From the NCBI GenBank assembly GCA_963733295.1, contig CAVTCS010000003.1, positions 2,880,001 through 2,944,000 of the forward strand: a stretch of DNA of 64,000 bases. Reading direction: 5' to 3'. Shown in pieces: positions 40,971 to 50,531 of the stretch (positions are counted from its first letter, which is position 1; every line of letters starts with the position of its first letter). The notes under the pieces are model-generated. The model was not told the DNA's origin, ran no database searches, and worked only from the letters and a program-made list of their open reading frames with translations. This stretch comes from Vulcanimicrobiota bacterium. GTDB taxonomy: Bacteria > Vulcanimicrobiota > Vulcanimicrobiia > Vulcanimicrobiales > Vulcanimicrobiaceae. The position numbers and the translations under genes were made by a program.

Positions 40971-41633
40971 GTGCGGCGGATCGACGCGGCGGCGGAAAGC
41001 GACGAGCGAATCGCGGCGGAGGTCGCTGAGGTAATCGAAGGCGGCGGAACCGTCGTTTTTCCGACCGATACCGTGTACGGCATCGGTTGCGATCCGGCTC
41101 AACCCGAAGCGATCGCCCGTATCTTCGTCCTCAAGGGGCGGCCCGGGCACAAGCCCCTCGCGCTGCATCTCGGGAGCGTAGAGGAGTTACTCGAGTACAC
41201 CGGCGAGAACCGGCTGGCGGCGCTGGCCGCGCGGCACTTCTTGCCGGGGCCGCTGACGATCGTCGTGCGGCGTCCCACCTTCGTCGACGAACGCGTCAGC
41301 GCGGGGCTGCCCACGGTCGGATTGCGCGTTCCGGACCAACGCCTGTGTTTGGCGCTGCTCGAACGAAGCGGTCCGCTGGCGGCGACCAGTGCGAACCTTA
41401 GCGGCTCGCCCGCGTATCTCGGCGGCTCGAGCGCGGACGGGCTACCGGAGGCCGACCTGTTCGTTTTTGACGGTCCGACGCCGCTGCGAACCGAATCTAC
41501 GATCATCGACGTGTCACACGACGAGCTGCGGCTCGTTCGAGAGGGAGCCATCAGTCAAGCGATGCTCGAGCTTTACCTAGACCGCCCGGTTCGGCCGGCC
41601 AGCGCGCTCCTCGCCCCGGGAACGGAGGCTTGA
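40971..41633 (+). CDS. tsaC: Threonylcarbamoyl-AMP synthase (TsaC/YrdC)
   Basis: FPTDTVYG, KGRP..KPL, PGPLT, VGLRVP, TSANLSG and STIID motifs. Confidence 0.94.
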   Translation: MRRIDAAAESDERIAAEVAEVIEGGGTVVFPTDTVYGIGCDPAQPEAIARIFVLKGRPGHKPLALHLGSVEELLEYTGENRLAALAARHFLPGPLTIVVRRPTFVDERVSAGLPTVGLRVPDQRLCLALLERSGPLAATSANLSGSPAYLGGSSADGLPEADLFVFDGPTPLRTESTIIDVSHDELRLVREGAISQAMLELYLDRPVRPASALLAPGTEA

Positions 41634-42271
41634 TGCGTGCCCCCCGGACCTTTTTTGCGCTGGCCGTGGCGCTCGCGGTGGGACTCACGGGCAGCCCCGC
41701 GCGAGCGCTCGATTTCACGCACGTCGCCGGCTTCGATCGCATCGAGAGCGACGTCGTGAATTGGAATCTCGAGACCGGGACCTTCACGTTGCCGCACCCG
41801 TTCGTCGCTTCGCGCGACGGGTCCGACATCAGCGCGGACCGCGCGACGGGAAACTCGCGGCAGAAGCAATTGCATGCCGAGGGTCACGTGATCGTCCATC
41901 AAACGCAGCCGCTCAAGAGCAGCTTGCGCGCCGAAGCTCTGACGCAACAGCCTTCGACCTTGACCTGCGACAAACTCGATGTCGACGGCGTACGGAAATT
42001 GTACGTCGCGATCGGCAACGTGCATTTCACGCAACAGAACCGCGAGGCTACGGCCGACTCGGGAACGCTCGATGACGCGAACCATCACCTGCACATGGAA
42101 GGTCACGTGCACATTCGCGACAAGGACCAGACGCTCGACTCCGACGTTCTCGACTACGACACGCTGAGCGGCGAACTGAGCGCGAAGGGCAACGTGACGA
42201 TTGAAGCGCCGGTCGAAACGGCGGCACCCGCCAGCGGGCCGAGCCCAACGGCGAAGCCCAAAAAGCATTGA
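41630..42271 (+). CDS. LptA/OstA-like beta-jellyroll exported protein
   Basis: Signal peptide; repeated xADxA, AxGxVxI/F and GNV strands. Confidence 0.75.
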   Translation: MMRAPRTFFALAVALAVGLTGSPARALDFTHVAGFDRIESDVVNWNLETGTFTLPHPFVASRDGSDISADRATGNSRQKQLHAEGHVIVHQTQPLKSSLRAEALTQQPSTLTCDKLDVDGVRKLYVAIGNVHFTQQNREATADSGTLDDANHHLHMEGHVHIRDKDQTLDSDVLDYDTLSGELSAKGNVTIEAPVETAAPASGPSPTAKPKKH

Positions 42272-43620
42272 GCGTGCGGCGTCCGGGTCAGCGCGTCAGC
42301 CTCTTCGAGGGCGACGCCCCGGCGCCGCTCGCGGCTCGCATGCGGCCGCGAACGCTCGACGAGTTTGTCGGACAAGCGCACTTGGTCGGACCGGGACGCG
42401 CCTTGCGGCGTGCCATCGAGAACGATACCGTCCCGTCGATGATCTTGTGGGGGCCGCCGGGCACCGGCAAAACGACCCTCGCCGAAATCGTGGCGAAGGC
42501 GACCGGTGCGGAGTTCGTGGCGCTCTCTGCCGTCAGCGCCGGCGTCGCGGACCTCCGCGCGGTCGTGGCCGACGCGCAGGCGGCGCGCGCGCTGGGCAAA
42601 CGCACCGTGCTCTTCATCGACGAGATTCACCGCTTCAACAAAGCGCAACAGGACGCCGTGCTGCCCTACGTCGAGGACGGAACGATCACGCTGATCGGCG
42701 CGACGACGGAGAACCCTTCGTTTGAAGTAATTTCGGCGTTGCTCTCGCGTTCGCGCGTCTTCGTGCTCAAAGCGCTCGATGACGAGCAGGTCGCGCAAGT
42801 CGTGCGCCGCGCTCTGGCCGACAGCGAGCGCGGCCTCGGCGCGGAACGCGTCACGCTCGACGACGACGCGCTAGCAGCACTCGTCGGGCTGTCCAACGGC
42901 GACGCGCGCGTCGCGCTCGGAACGCTCGAGTACGCCGCGGCGGCGGCTCCCCGCGACCCAACCGGCGCGCGGCGCATCGATCGCGATCTGATCGCCGACG
43001 CCATGCAGCGACGTATGGTCGCCTACGACAAGAAGGGCGACAACCACTACGACGTCATCAGCGCTTTCATCAAATCGATTCGCGGCAGCGATCCCGACGG
43101 CGGCGTCTATTGGTTGGCACGCATGCTCGACGCGGGCGAAGATCCGCTCTTCATCGCGCGGCGTCTCGTGATCTTGGCTTCCGAAGACGTCGGGCTGGCC
43201 GATTCGCGCGGCCTGCTGATCGCAATGGCGGCGCAGCAGGCGGTGCACTTCGTGGGAATGCCCGAAGGCTTCTATCCGCTGGCGCACGCGACGCTCTATC
43301 TGGCCACGGCGCCGAAGTCGAACAGCGTGGGACGCGCCTACGGCGCTGCTTTGCGCGACGTCGAAGCGACCCGGAACGATCCGGTTCCGCTCAATCTGCG
43401 CAATGCTCCGACCGGCCTGATGAAGAAACTCGGCTACGGCTCGGGCTATCGCTACGCGCACGAGGATTATGCGGAGATGGCCGGCAGCGGAGATCTCCCG
43501 CCGGCGGAGCGATTAGAACCCTACTTGCCGGAGAACGTGCGCGACCACGCCTACTTCGAACCAGGCAGTCAAGGTGAGGAAGCGCGCTTGCGCGACTGGA
43601 TCGCGGCGCGCCGGAAATGA
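42268..43620 (+). CDS. rarA: Replication-associated recombination protein A
   Basis: PLAARMRP, GPPGTGKTT, IDEIHRFNKAQQD, ATTENPSF and ISAFIKSIRGSD motifs. Confidence 0.97.
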   Translation: MSVRRPGQRVSLFEGDAPAPLAARMRPRTLDEFVGQAHLVGPGRALRRAIENDTVPSMILWGPPGTGKTTLAEIVAKATGAEFVALSAVSAGVADLRAVVADAQAARALGKRTVLFIDEIHRFNKAQQDAVLPYVEDGTITLIGATTENPSFEVISALLSRSRVFVLKALDDEQVAQVVRRALADSERGLGAERVTLDDDALAALVGLSNGDARVALGTLEYAAAAAPRDPTGARRIDRDLIADAMQRRMVAYDKKGDNHYDVISAFIKSIRGSDPDGGVYWLARMLDAGEDPLFIARRLVILASEDVGLADSRGLLIAMAAQQAVHFVGMPEGFYPLAHATLYLATAPKSNSVGRAYGAALRDVEATRNDPVPLNLRNAPTGLMKKLGYGSGYRYAHEDYAEMAGSGDLPPAERLEPYLPENVRDHAYFEPGSQGEEARLRDWIAARRK

Positions 43621-44822
43621 CGCCGAGCGCGCGCATCTACTTGGATCACGCGGCGACGACGCCCGTACGCCCCGAGGCGATCGAAGCGATGCTGCCGTAT
43701 TTCGCTGAGGCCGGCTTCAACGCGAGCTCGCTTCACGCCGAAGGCCGGCGCGCGCGCGCGGGACTCGACGGCGCGCGCGAGCGCGTCGCGCGGATGTTGG
43801 GTGCGAAACCCCGCGAGATCGTTTTCACGAGCAGCGGCTCGGAAGCCGACAACTTGGCGATCCTCGGCGCGGCGCGCGCGCGCAACGCGCGGCACGTCGT
43901 CAGTGCTGCGACCGAACACCGCGCGGTGCTGCACGCGCTCGACGTCTTGCGCGCCGAAGGCCGCGAGGTCACGCTCTTGCCCGTGGACGCCGGCGGACGC
44001 ATCTCGCTCGAAGAATTTCGCGCAGCGCTGCGTCCCGACACCGGGCTCGTCTCGCTCATGCTCGCAAACAACGAACTGGGCACGCTGCATCCGGTCGCCG
44101 AACTGGCCGCAATCGCGCGCGAGCGAGGCGTTCTCTTTCATACCGATGCCATCCAAGCTCCCGGGCGCGTTCCCGTCGACGTCGCGACGCTGGGCGTCGA
44201 TCTCCTCAGCCTCTCGGGCCACAAGTTCTATGGCCCGAAAGGCGCCGGCGTGCTCTACGTGCGCAGCGGAACGCCGCTGCTGCCGCTCGTCGTCGGCGGC
44301 GGTCAGGAAGCCGGATTGCGGGCCGGTACCGAAAACGTGGCCGCCATCGCCGGCCTGGCCGTCGCACTCGAACTCGCCGTTCGCGAACTTCCGGTCGAGC
44401 GAGTGCGGTTGACGAGCCTGCGCGACCGTTTCGAGGAGAGTTTACTGCGGGAGGTTCCCGGCACGCGGATCAACGCCCGGCAGTCGCCCCGCCTGCCGAA
44501 CATTTCGAGCGTCGCCTTCCGGGGACTCGACGCCCCCTCACTCCTGGCGCGGCTCGACCTGGAAGGGCTCGCCGTCTCGGCGGGCAGTGCCTGTGCCGCG
44601 GGCGCCGCCGAGCCGAGCCACGTGCTGGCCGCTCTGGGAGGGCCGGCCTGGGTCGCGAACGGGACGATTCGTTTCTCGCTCGGAAGGTTGACGGGCGAGG
44701 GAGAGACGAGCGACCTCTCCCGCAGGCTTGCGGCGATCGTGAAGGATATGCGTGAACCAGGTCCCTTCGTGGGTACGAACGGTGTTGGCCCGGCCTCGGG
44801 CCGTTCGGAGGTTGGTCCTTGA
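43617..44822 (+). CDS. iscS: Cysteine desulfurase (IscS/NifS group I)
   Basis: YLDHAATTP, FHTDAIQ, SGHKFYGPKG, RAGTEN and SAGSAC motifs. Confidence 0.93.
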   Translation: MTPSARIYLDHAATTPVRPEAIEAMLPYFAEAGFNASSLHAEGRRARAGLDGARERVARMLGAKPREIVFTSSGSEADNLAILGAARARNARHVVSAATEHRAVLHALDVLRAEGREVTLLPVDAGGRISLEEFRAALRPDTGLVSLMLANNELGTLHPVAELAAIARERGVLFHTDAIQAPGRVPVDVATLGVDLLSLSGHKFYGPKGAGVLYVRSGTPLLPLVVGGGQEAGLRAGTENVAAIAGLAVALELAVRELPVERVRLTSLRDRFEESLLREVPGTRINARQSPRLPNISSVAFRGLDAPSLLARLDLEGLAVSAGSACAAGAAEPSHVLAALGGPAWVANGTIRFSLGRLTGEGETSDLSRRLAAIVKDMREPGPFVGTNGVGPASGRSEVGP

Positions 44823-45184
44823 TAGACTTGGAGCCCTGGTCCATAGGTGTAGGGCTCGGAGTGCTGTTGATCGGCATCGGCGTTTTCGTGCTATGCTTGC
44901 GCGCCGGCTGGCTGCTGCTGCGGTTGGGTAAGACGCTCGACGAGGTCGATCGTCAAATCGAGACCCTCTCCGTTCCGATCGGGACGACCTTGACTCACGT
45001 AGGCGGCATCGCCGACACCGCCGACTCGACGATCGCGCGTCTCGGACACGTCGTCGGGCAGTTGGAAAACGTCGCGAGCGGCGCCACCAAGACGGCCAAC
45101 CTGATCGGCTCGACCATCAGCGGCGTCGCCGGCGCCGCCCGAAGGTCCCGCTCCTCCGAACCGAGCGAAAGCGCTCCGGTCTAG
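44819..45184 (+). CDS. DUF948 / YtxG-like membrane-anchored coiled-coil protein
   Basis: N-terminal hydrophobic helix then L.KTLDEV..QI heptads; GGAGG SD. Confidence 0.7.
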   Translation: MIDLEPWSIGVGLGVLLIGIGVFVLCLRAGWLLLRLGKTLDEVDRQIETLSVPIGTTLTHVGGIADTADSTIARLGHVVGQLENVASGATKTANLIGSTISGVAGAARRSRSSEPSESAPV

Positions 45185-45192
45185 TACACCAG

Positions 45193-45297
45193 GTGAACAC
45201 TCTTCTTTCGGGCATCCTGACGGGCGCGCTTCTGGGGGCGGCTCTGGCGATGGTGCTCGCACCCACCGAAAACAAAGCGAACCAGCGCGACGCTTAG
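45193..45297 (+). CDS. Small YtxH-like protein (34 aa), absent from the ORF track
   Basis: MNTLLSGILTGALLGAALAMVLAPTENKANQRDA matches the YtxH N-terminal GxxxGxxxGAxxAxxLAP pattern and fills the gap between the ytxG-like gene and rsbV. Confidence 0.72.
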   Translation: MNTLLSGILTGALLGAALAMVLAPTENKANQRDA

Positions 45298-45306
45298 GGA
45301 GAAGTT

Positions 45307-45651
45307 TTGGATATCAAAGTGCAGGTCAGGGAGTCCGACCACGACGCTTACGTCGTGGAACTCGGCGGCGAAATCGACGTCTACACCTCGCCGAAAGTCA
45401 AGGATGCGATCACCGAGCTGATCGACAAAGGTCACTATAACCTCGTCATCAACCTCGAGACGGTCCGCTACATCGATTCGACCGGACTGGGCGTCCTCAT
45501 CGGCGGCCTCAAGCGCGTTCGCGAGCACGGCGGCAGCGTCAATTTGGTCTGCACGAATCCTCAGATCAAGAAAATCTTCGATATCACCGGGCTCGTGAAG
45601 ATCTTCGGGATCTACGACGACGAGCAGGATGCGAAAAAGGCCTTAGCGTGA
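45307..45651 (+). CDS. rsbV: Anti-sigma factor antagonist (STAS domain)
   Basis: GEIDVYTSP and VRYIDSTGLGVL (phospho-Ser) motifs. Confidence 0.95.
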   Translation: MDIKVQVRESDHDAYVVELGGEIDVYTSPKVKDAITELIDKGHYNLVINLETVRYIDSTGLGVLIGGLKRVREHGGSVNLVCTNPQIKKIFDITGLVKIFGIYDDEQDAKKALA

Positions 45652-46073
45652 ACGAGCCGGCAGCCCTCGAGGAATTTCTCGGCACGGTCGAGCTGCGGAT
45701 TCCGAGCAAGCCGGAATGGGTGGCGGTAGCACGCCTCGCCGTTTCGGGAGTAGCGAACCGGCTGCCGTTCTCCGTCGAGGAGATCGAAGACCTCAAGCTC
45801 GCTGTCGCTGAAGCGTGTACGACCTGCATCCAAGATGCGTCGCGCAGCGACACGATCGACATCACCTGCGAATCCTCGCCGGATTCGCTGCGGATCCGCG
45901 TACGCGACCACGAGTTCGGAGGGACGCGCAGCGATCCGCCGCGTCCCCGTTCGGTCACGCTTTCCGAAGGGCTGGGCGTCTTTCTGATTCAGGCCTTGAT
46001 GGATCACGTCGAATATAACGTCGATGCGCACTCGGGGGTCGAATTGGTCATGACGAAGCGAGTCGGCAGCTAA
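45648..46073 (+). CDS. rsbW: Anti-sigma factor / serine kinase
   Basis: VARLAVSGVA, IEDLKLAVAEACT and GLGVFLIQALMD motifs. Confidence 0.94.
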   Translation: MNEPAALEEFLGTVELRIPSKPEWVAVARLAVSGVANRLPFSVEEIEDLKLAVAEACTTCIQDASRSDTIDITCESSPDSLRIRVRDHEFGGTRSDPPRPRSVTLSEGLGVFLIQALMDHVEYNVDAHSGVELVMTKRVGS

Positions 46074-46079
46074 GACCCG

Positions 46080-46874
46080 GTGACCCTTCAATCTTCTTCC
46101 CACGACGACGAGCGTTGGGACCGGCGACGTACGAAAGCCGCCTTCGAACAACTCTCGCGGCTGCGCGCTGCCAAGTCCCACGATGCGGACCGCATGCGCG
46201 ACGAGCTGGTGGTGGCGCACCTCAACTTGGTGCGCTACCTGGCGGTCAAGTTCGTCAATCGCGGCGAGGCGCTCGACGACCTCATCCAAGTCGGCACCGT
46301 CGGCCTGATCAAAGCGATCGACCGGTTCGACATCGAGCGCGGCGTCGAATTCACGACCTACGCCACGCCGACGATCGTGGGCGAGATCAAGCGCTACTTC
46401 CGCGATAAGGGCTGGGCGGTCAAAGTGCCGCGGCGCCTGCAGGAGCTGAACCTGAGCGTCAACCGGGCGATCGAAAAGATGACCGTTTCGATCGGACGTT
46501 CGCCGACGGTCGCGGAGCTTGCCAAAGCGGTGGAAGCCTCGGAAGAAGAGATACTTGAGGCCCAGGAACTCGGTCAAGCCTACAATCTGCTCTCACTCGA
46601 CACCGAACTGGGCGGCGACGGCGATAAGAACGGCCAGACGCTGGCCGACTACATCGGCAAAGCCGATCCGAACCTGCAGCTGTTGGAAGACCGCACGAAC
46701 CTCGAGCGGGCTTTCGAGGTGCTCTCCAAGCGCGAGCGCTTCATCCTGTTCTTGCGCTTCTACGAGTCGGTTTCGCAGACCGAAATAGCCCGGCGCCTCA
46801 ACGTCTCGCAGATGCACGTCTCGCGCCTGCAGCAGAAGGCGTTGGAAAAGCTGCGCGGCGCATTGGCGGAATGA
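46080..46874 (+). CDS. sigB: SigB/SigF/SigG-family RNA polymerase sigma factor
   Basis: DDLIQVG, AIDRFD, YATPTIVGEIKRYFRD, VPRRLQE and SQMHVSRL motifs; follows rsbV-rsbW. Confidence 0.93.
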   Translation: MTLQSSSHDDERWDRRRTKAAFEQLSRLRAAKSHDADRMRDELVVAHLNLVRYLAVKFVNRGEALDDLIQVGTVGLIKAIDRFDIERGVEFTTYATPTIVGEIKRYFRDKGWAVKVPRRLQELNLSVNRAIEKMTVSIGRSPTVAELAKAVEASEEEILEAQELGQAYNLLSLDTELGGDGDKNGQTLADYIGKADPNLQLLEDRTNLERAFEVLSKRERFILFLRFYESVSQTEIARRLNVSQMHVSRLQQKALEKLRGALAE

Positions 46875-46879
46875 TTGGC

Positions 46880-46909
46880 TTGACAGTTATGCCAAGGTGC
46901 CGCTAGGGT
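46880..46909 (+). promoter_or_regulatory. Sigma70-type promoter for a probably leaderless small ORF
   Basis: Perfect TTGACA (46880-46885), 18-nt spacer, TAGGGT (46904-46909), then 6 nt to ATG 46916. Confidence 0.6.
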
Positions 46910-46915
46910 GAGTGT

Positions 46916-47053
46916 ATGAGCGACTCCGTCATCGGAATTCTCCTGAACTGCTTCGCGCTTGCGATGGTGGCATTCGTCATTTGGGGCGGCTACCGCGAAA
47001 CGAGCCGGGCCGAACGCGAGTACGCGGAGCGCGTGGCCCGCGATAGCCACTAG
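46916..47053 (+). CDS. Small single-pass membrane protein (45 aa), absent from the ORF track
   Basis: MSDSVIGILLNCFALAMVAFVIWGGYRETSRAEREYAERVARDSH: one hydrophobic helix plus a charged tail, host-like codons, own promoter. Confidence 0.68.
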   Translation: MSDSVIGILLNCFALAMVAFVIWGGYRETSRAEREYAERVARDSH

Positions 47054-47101
47054 CCGGGACCGCTAGGCGTTCCAGAGCACTGTCAGGAACTCTGAGCGGT
47101 C

Positions 47102-49714
47102 ATGCCCATCACGTCGCAAGAGCTGCGTCGCTCGTTTGTCGACTTCTTCGTTTCGAAGGGGCACAAAGCGCTGCCCTCGGCGAGCCTGGTTCCGGCCGAG
47201 ATGTCGACGACGCTGTTCACCATCGCCGGGATGGAACAGTTCGTCCCGGTTTTCCTCGGCGACGCAGCGCCGCCCGCACCGCGCGCGGTCACCGTTCAAC
47301 GTTGCTTGCGAGTTGCGGGCGCTAAAAGCGACATCGAGAACGTCGGCCGCACCGGCCGGCACGGCACGTTGCTGGAAATGCTCGGCAACTTCAGCTTCGG
47401 GGACTATTACAAGCGCGAAGCGATCGCGCTCGCCTGGGAATATCTGACCGGACGCCTCGGTTTGCCGGCGGAGAAGTTGTACGTGACGGTGCACGTCGAC
47501 GACGACGAAGCGCAGCAGCTCTGGGAGAGTGAGATCGGCCTCGCTCCCGAGCGGATCACCCGCTTTGACGCGGACAACTTTTGGACGATGGGTTCCACCG
47601 GCCCGTGCGGACCGTGTTCCGAGATCTTTTACGACACCGGCGTTCAGTACGCGAGCGACGCCAACGACACGGGTCCAAATCTCGGCAGCCGTTACGTGGA
47701 AATCTGGAACCTCGTATTCCAGCAGTACAATCGAACCGCCGACGGCGCGTTGCACGAGCTGCCGAAGAAGTCGATCGACACCGGCGCCGGGTTCGAACGC
47801 ATACTCGCGGTCGCGAACGGCCTCGCGTCGATGTACGAGACCGACCTGTTCGCCGACTTGATCGCAGCCCAGCCCGAGGTTCGTGCGAGTTCGCTCGCTT
47901 CGGACGAGCAGCTCGTGCGCCGGCGCATCATCGCCGATCACGCGCGCGCGGTGACCTTCTTGATCGCGGACGGCGTCTATCCGTCCAACACCGACCGGGG
48001 CTACGTCTTGCGCTTTCTGGCACGGCGCGCGATTCGCAACGGGAAACTGCTCGGCTACCCGAGCGGTTTTTTGACCGCGCTCGTTCCGCACGTCGTGCGC
48101 TCGCTGGCACCGGGTTATCCCGAGCTGCGGCCGGCGACCGGGCGCATCGAGCAAGCTCTCGGCGCGGAAGAGCTGGCCTTCGAGCGGACGCTCGAGCGCG
48201 GCAACGAGATGCTCGCCGGGCTGATCGAAACCGCGAAGCGCGAAGGCGCGCCGCTGGCGGGACGCGACGTCTTCGTGCTCCACGATACCTACGGTTTTCC
48301 CATCGAGTTGACGCGCGAGATCGCGGCGGAAGCGGATGTCACGGTCGACGTCGCCGCTTACGAAGCGGCGATGGACGAACAGCGCGAACGCGCGCGCGCC
48401 GACGCGCAGCGGAAACGTTCCGTCGTCGCGGTTACGGATGCGCCCGCGCTTTCGAGCGAGTACACCGGATACGACGGTCTCGAGAGCGACGGCAGCGTGA
48501 GCGCGATCTTGCAGGACGGCTCGCCGGTGGAGTACGTCGTCGACGGCGACGAGGCGCAGCTCATCTTGGATCGGACGTCATTCTATGCCGAGAAAGGCGG
48601 ACAGATCGGCGACCGCGGTCTCATCGCGACGCCGGAGGCCACGTTCCAGGTGCTCGACACGCAGTTCGCCGGCGACGCGATCGTGCACCGCGGGGTCGTG
48701 CGCGGCGGCGCGATTCGCGTCGGCGATGCGGCGCACAGCGCGGTCGACCCGGCTTGGCGTCAAGAGATCCGCCGCCACCACACCTCCGCGCATCTGCTGC
48801 AGCGCGCGCTCAAAGACGTGCTTGGCGACGAAGTGATCCAGGCCGGATCGTGGGTCGGCGTCGACCGCATGCGTTTCGATTTTCGCTCGCCCTCGGGCGC
48901 GCTGTCGCCCTCGCAGAAGCGCGACGTGATCGCTCGCGTCAACGCAATGATCCGCGACGATCATCATCTGGTCACGAAGGTTATGACCCCGGCCGAAGCT
49001 GCGGCCTCCGGCGCGATCTCGATGGCCGGTGAGAAGTACGGCGAGCGAGTGCGCGTCGTTCACGCCGGTCCCTCGATCGAATTCTGCGGCGGAACGCACG
49101 CCATCACGACCGGCGAGCTCGGGATGTTCCTCATCCTCTCCGAATCGTCGATCGGCAGCGGGATCCGCCGCCTCGAATCGGTCGTGTCCAGGGCGGCCGA
49201 AGCGTACGTGCTCGAGCAGCAAGATCTCGTCGGCGCGCTTTCGGAGCGGCTTTCGGCGGCGCCCGCGGACTTGCTCGAGCGGGTCGAGCGCATCCAAGGC
49301 GACGTGCGCGACTTGCAAAAGTCGCTCGGCGAGATCAAGGCGCGTCTCGCGGTTGCCGACGCCGCCGAATTCCTGGCGCGCGCCGAAACGATCGGCGAGA
49401 CGCGCGTCGTCGCGGCGGTCGTCCCGGAAGCGACGAACGAGACGCTCAAGCATCTCAGCGCGGCGATCCGCGGCAAGTTGCGCGAAGGCGTCATCGCCTT
49501 GGCCGGCGTCGACGACGGAACCGTTTCGTTACTCGTGACCGCCAGTGACGACGCGGTGCGCCGCGGCGTCAACGCGGGCAACCTGGTGAAGCTTGCGGCG
49601 CCGCTGGTCGGCGGCCGCGGCGGCGGTGCGCCCGGTCAAGGACAGGGCGGCGGTAAAGATCCTGCCGGGGCGGCGGCCGCGCTCGCCGCGATTCGGAACG
49701 CGCTCGCGGGATGA
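47102..49714 (+). CDS. alaS: Alanine--tRNA ligase
   Basis: LFTIAGM, EMLGNFSFGDYYK, GPCGPCSEI, EIWNLVF, editing-domain HTSAHLL and EFCGGTH motifs. Confidence 0.99.
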   Translation: MPITSQELRRSFVDFFVSKGHKALPSASLVPAEMSTTLFTIAGMEQFVPVFLGDAAPPAPRAVTVQRCLRVAGAKSDIENVGRTGRHGTLLEMLGNFSFGDYYKREAIALAWEYLTGRLGLPAEKLYVTVHVDDDEAQQLWESEIGLAPERITRFDADNFWTMGSTGPCGPCSEIFYDTGVQYASDANDTGPNLGSRYVEIWNLVFQQYNRTADGALHELPKKSIDTGAGFERILAVANGLASMYETDLFADLIAAQPEVRASSLASDEQLVRRRIIADHARAVTFLIADGVYPSNTDRGYVLRFLARRAIRNGKLLGYPSGFLTALVPHVVRSLAPGYPELRPATGRIEQALGAEELAFERTLERGNEMLAGLIETAKREGAPLAGRDVFVLHDTYGFPIELTREIAAEADVTVDVAAYEAAMDEQRERARADAQRKRSVVAVTDAPALSSEYTGYDGLESDGSVSAILQDGSPVEYVVDGDEAQLILDRTSFYAEKGGQIGDRGLIATPEATFQVLDTQFAGDAIVHRGVVRGGAIRVGDAAHSAVDPAWRQEIRRHHTSAHLLQRALKDVLGDEVIQAGSWVGVDRMRFDFRSPSGALSPSQKRDVIARVNAMIRDDHHLVTKVMTPAEAAASGAISMAGEKYGERVRVVHAGPSIEFCGGTHAITTGELGMFLILSESSIGSGIRRLESVVSRAAEAYVLEQQDLVGALSERLSAAPADLLERVERIQGDVRDLQKSLGEIKARLAVADAAEFLARAETIGETRVVAAVVPEATNETLKHLSAAIRGKLREGVIALAGVDDGTVSLLVTASDDAVRRGVNAGNLVKLAAPLVGGRGGGAPGQGQGGGKDPAGAAAALAAIRNALAG

Positions 49715-50451
49715 TGCTCGCGCGCCGCACGGCGCTCGCGACCCTGAGTCTCGTTCTGGTGTGCTTGAGCGTCTCGACTGCGGCGCCGCTTCCGCGACCG
49801 CTCGAATCGCATGTCGTACTCGCACGCTACGCGGAGGCTTTGGCCGGCGTTTCGCGGCCGAGCGCGGTCGAGTTCGAATATACCGTCGAGCAACTGGGGG
49901 CGCGCACGCTGCAGCAAACGCACCGCGTGTACCGGAGCGGGGAAAGCGAGCGCGACGAGATCGTCGCTGCCGACGGTCAGAAACTCTCGCGGCCGAGCGT
50001 TCGCATTTTGCTCAATCGCGGATACCCGTACGACGTTCGTTCGATCGCGCCCCAGCCGGCGACGTACACCTTCATCTACACCGGAACGTTAATGCAGCCC
50101 AACGACCGCTTCGTCTACCTGTACAGGACCGAACCGAAGGGGCTCGAGGGGAACTTCGTCGTCGACGAGGTGGGAATCGACGGAGCCTCGTTCTTACCGG
50201 TCAGCATGCACTTCCGCATCGCCGGCGCCGGCGCGCACGGTTCGGGGCGCATCGAGTACGCGAGGTTCGATCGCTACTGGCTCGTCCGCGAAGCCGAGGT
50301 CGCCGTGCACATGCCGAAAGGTTCGCTCGCCAACGAACGCATCGTCTGGTCGAAGTATCAGTTTCCTCCCTCGCTTCCACCCGAGACGTTCCGCGAACCG
50401 CGTCCCGCCGCAACTTCGCCCGAAGAGCCCGGCAACGTTTCGGTCCCGTAG
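49711..50451 (+). CDS. Hypothetical exported protein
   Basis: Signal-peptide-like N-terminus, beta-rich body, host-like codon usage, overlaps the alaS stop. Confidence 0.7.
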   Translation: MMLARRTALATLSLVLVCLSVSTAAPLPRPLESHVVLARYAEALAGVSRPSAVEFEYTVEQLGARTLQQTHRVYRSGESERDEIVAADGQKLSRPSVRILLNRGYPYDVRSIAPQPATYTFIYTGTLMQPNDRFVYLYRTEPKGLEGNFVVDEVGIDGASFLPVSMHFRIAGAGAHGSGRIEYARFDRYWLVREAEVAVHMPKGSLANERIVWSKYQFPPSLPPETFREPRPAATSPEEPGNVSVP

Positions 50452-50531
50452 GAGCGTGTGACAGCGGCACCGCCCTTTGGCGCCGCCGTTCGTGATATGC
50501 TGAGCGCGCGCAAGACTTGGGGGGCGCCTGC

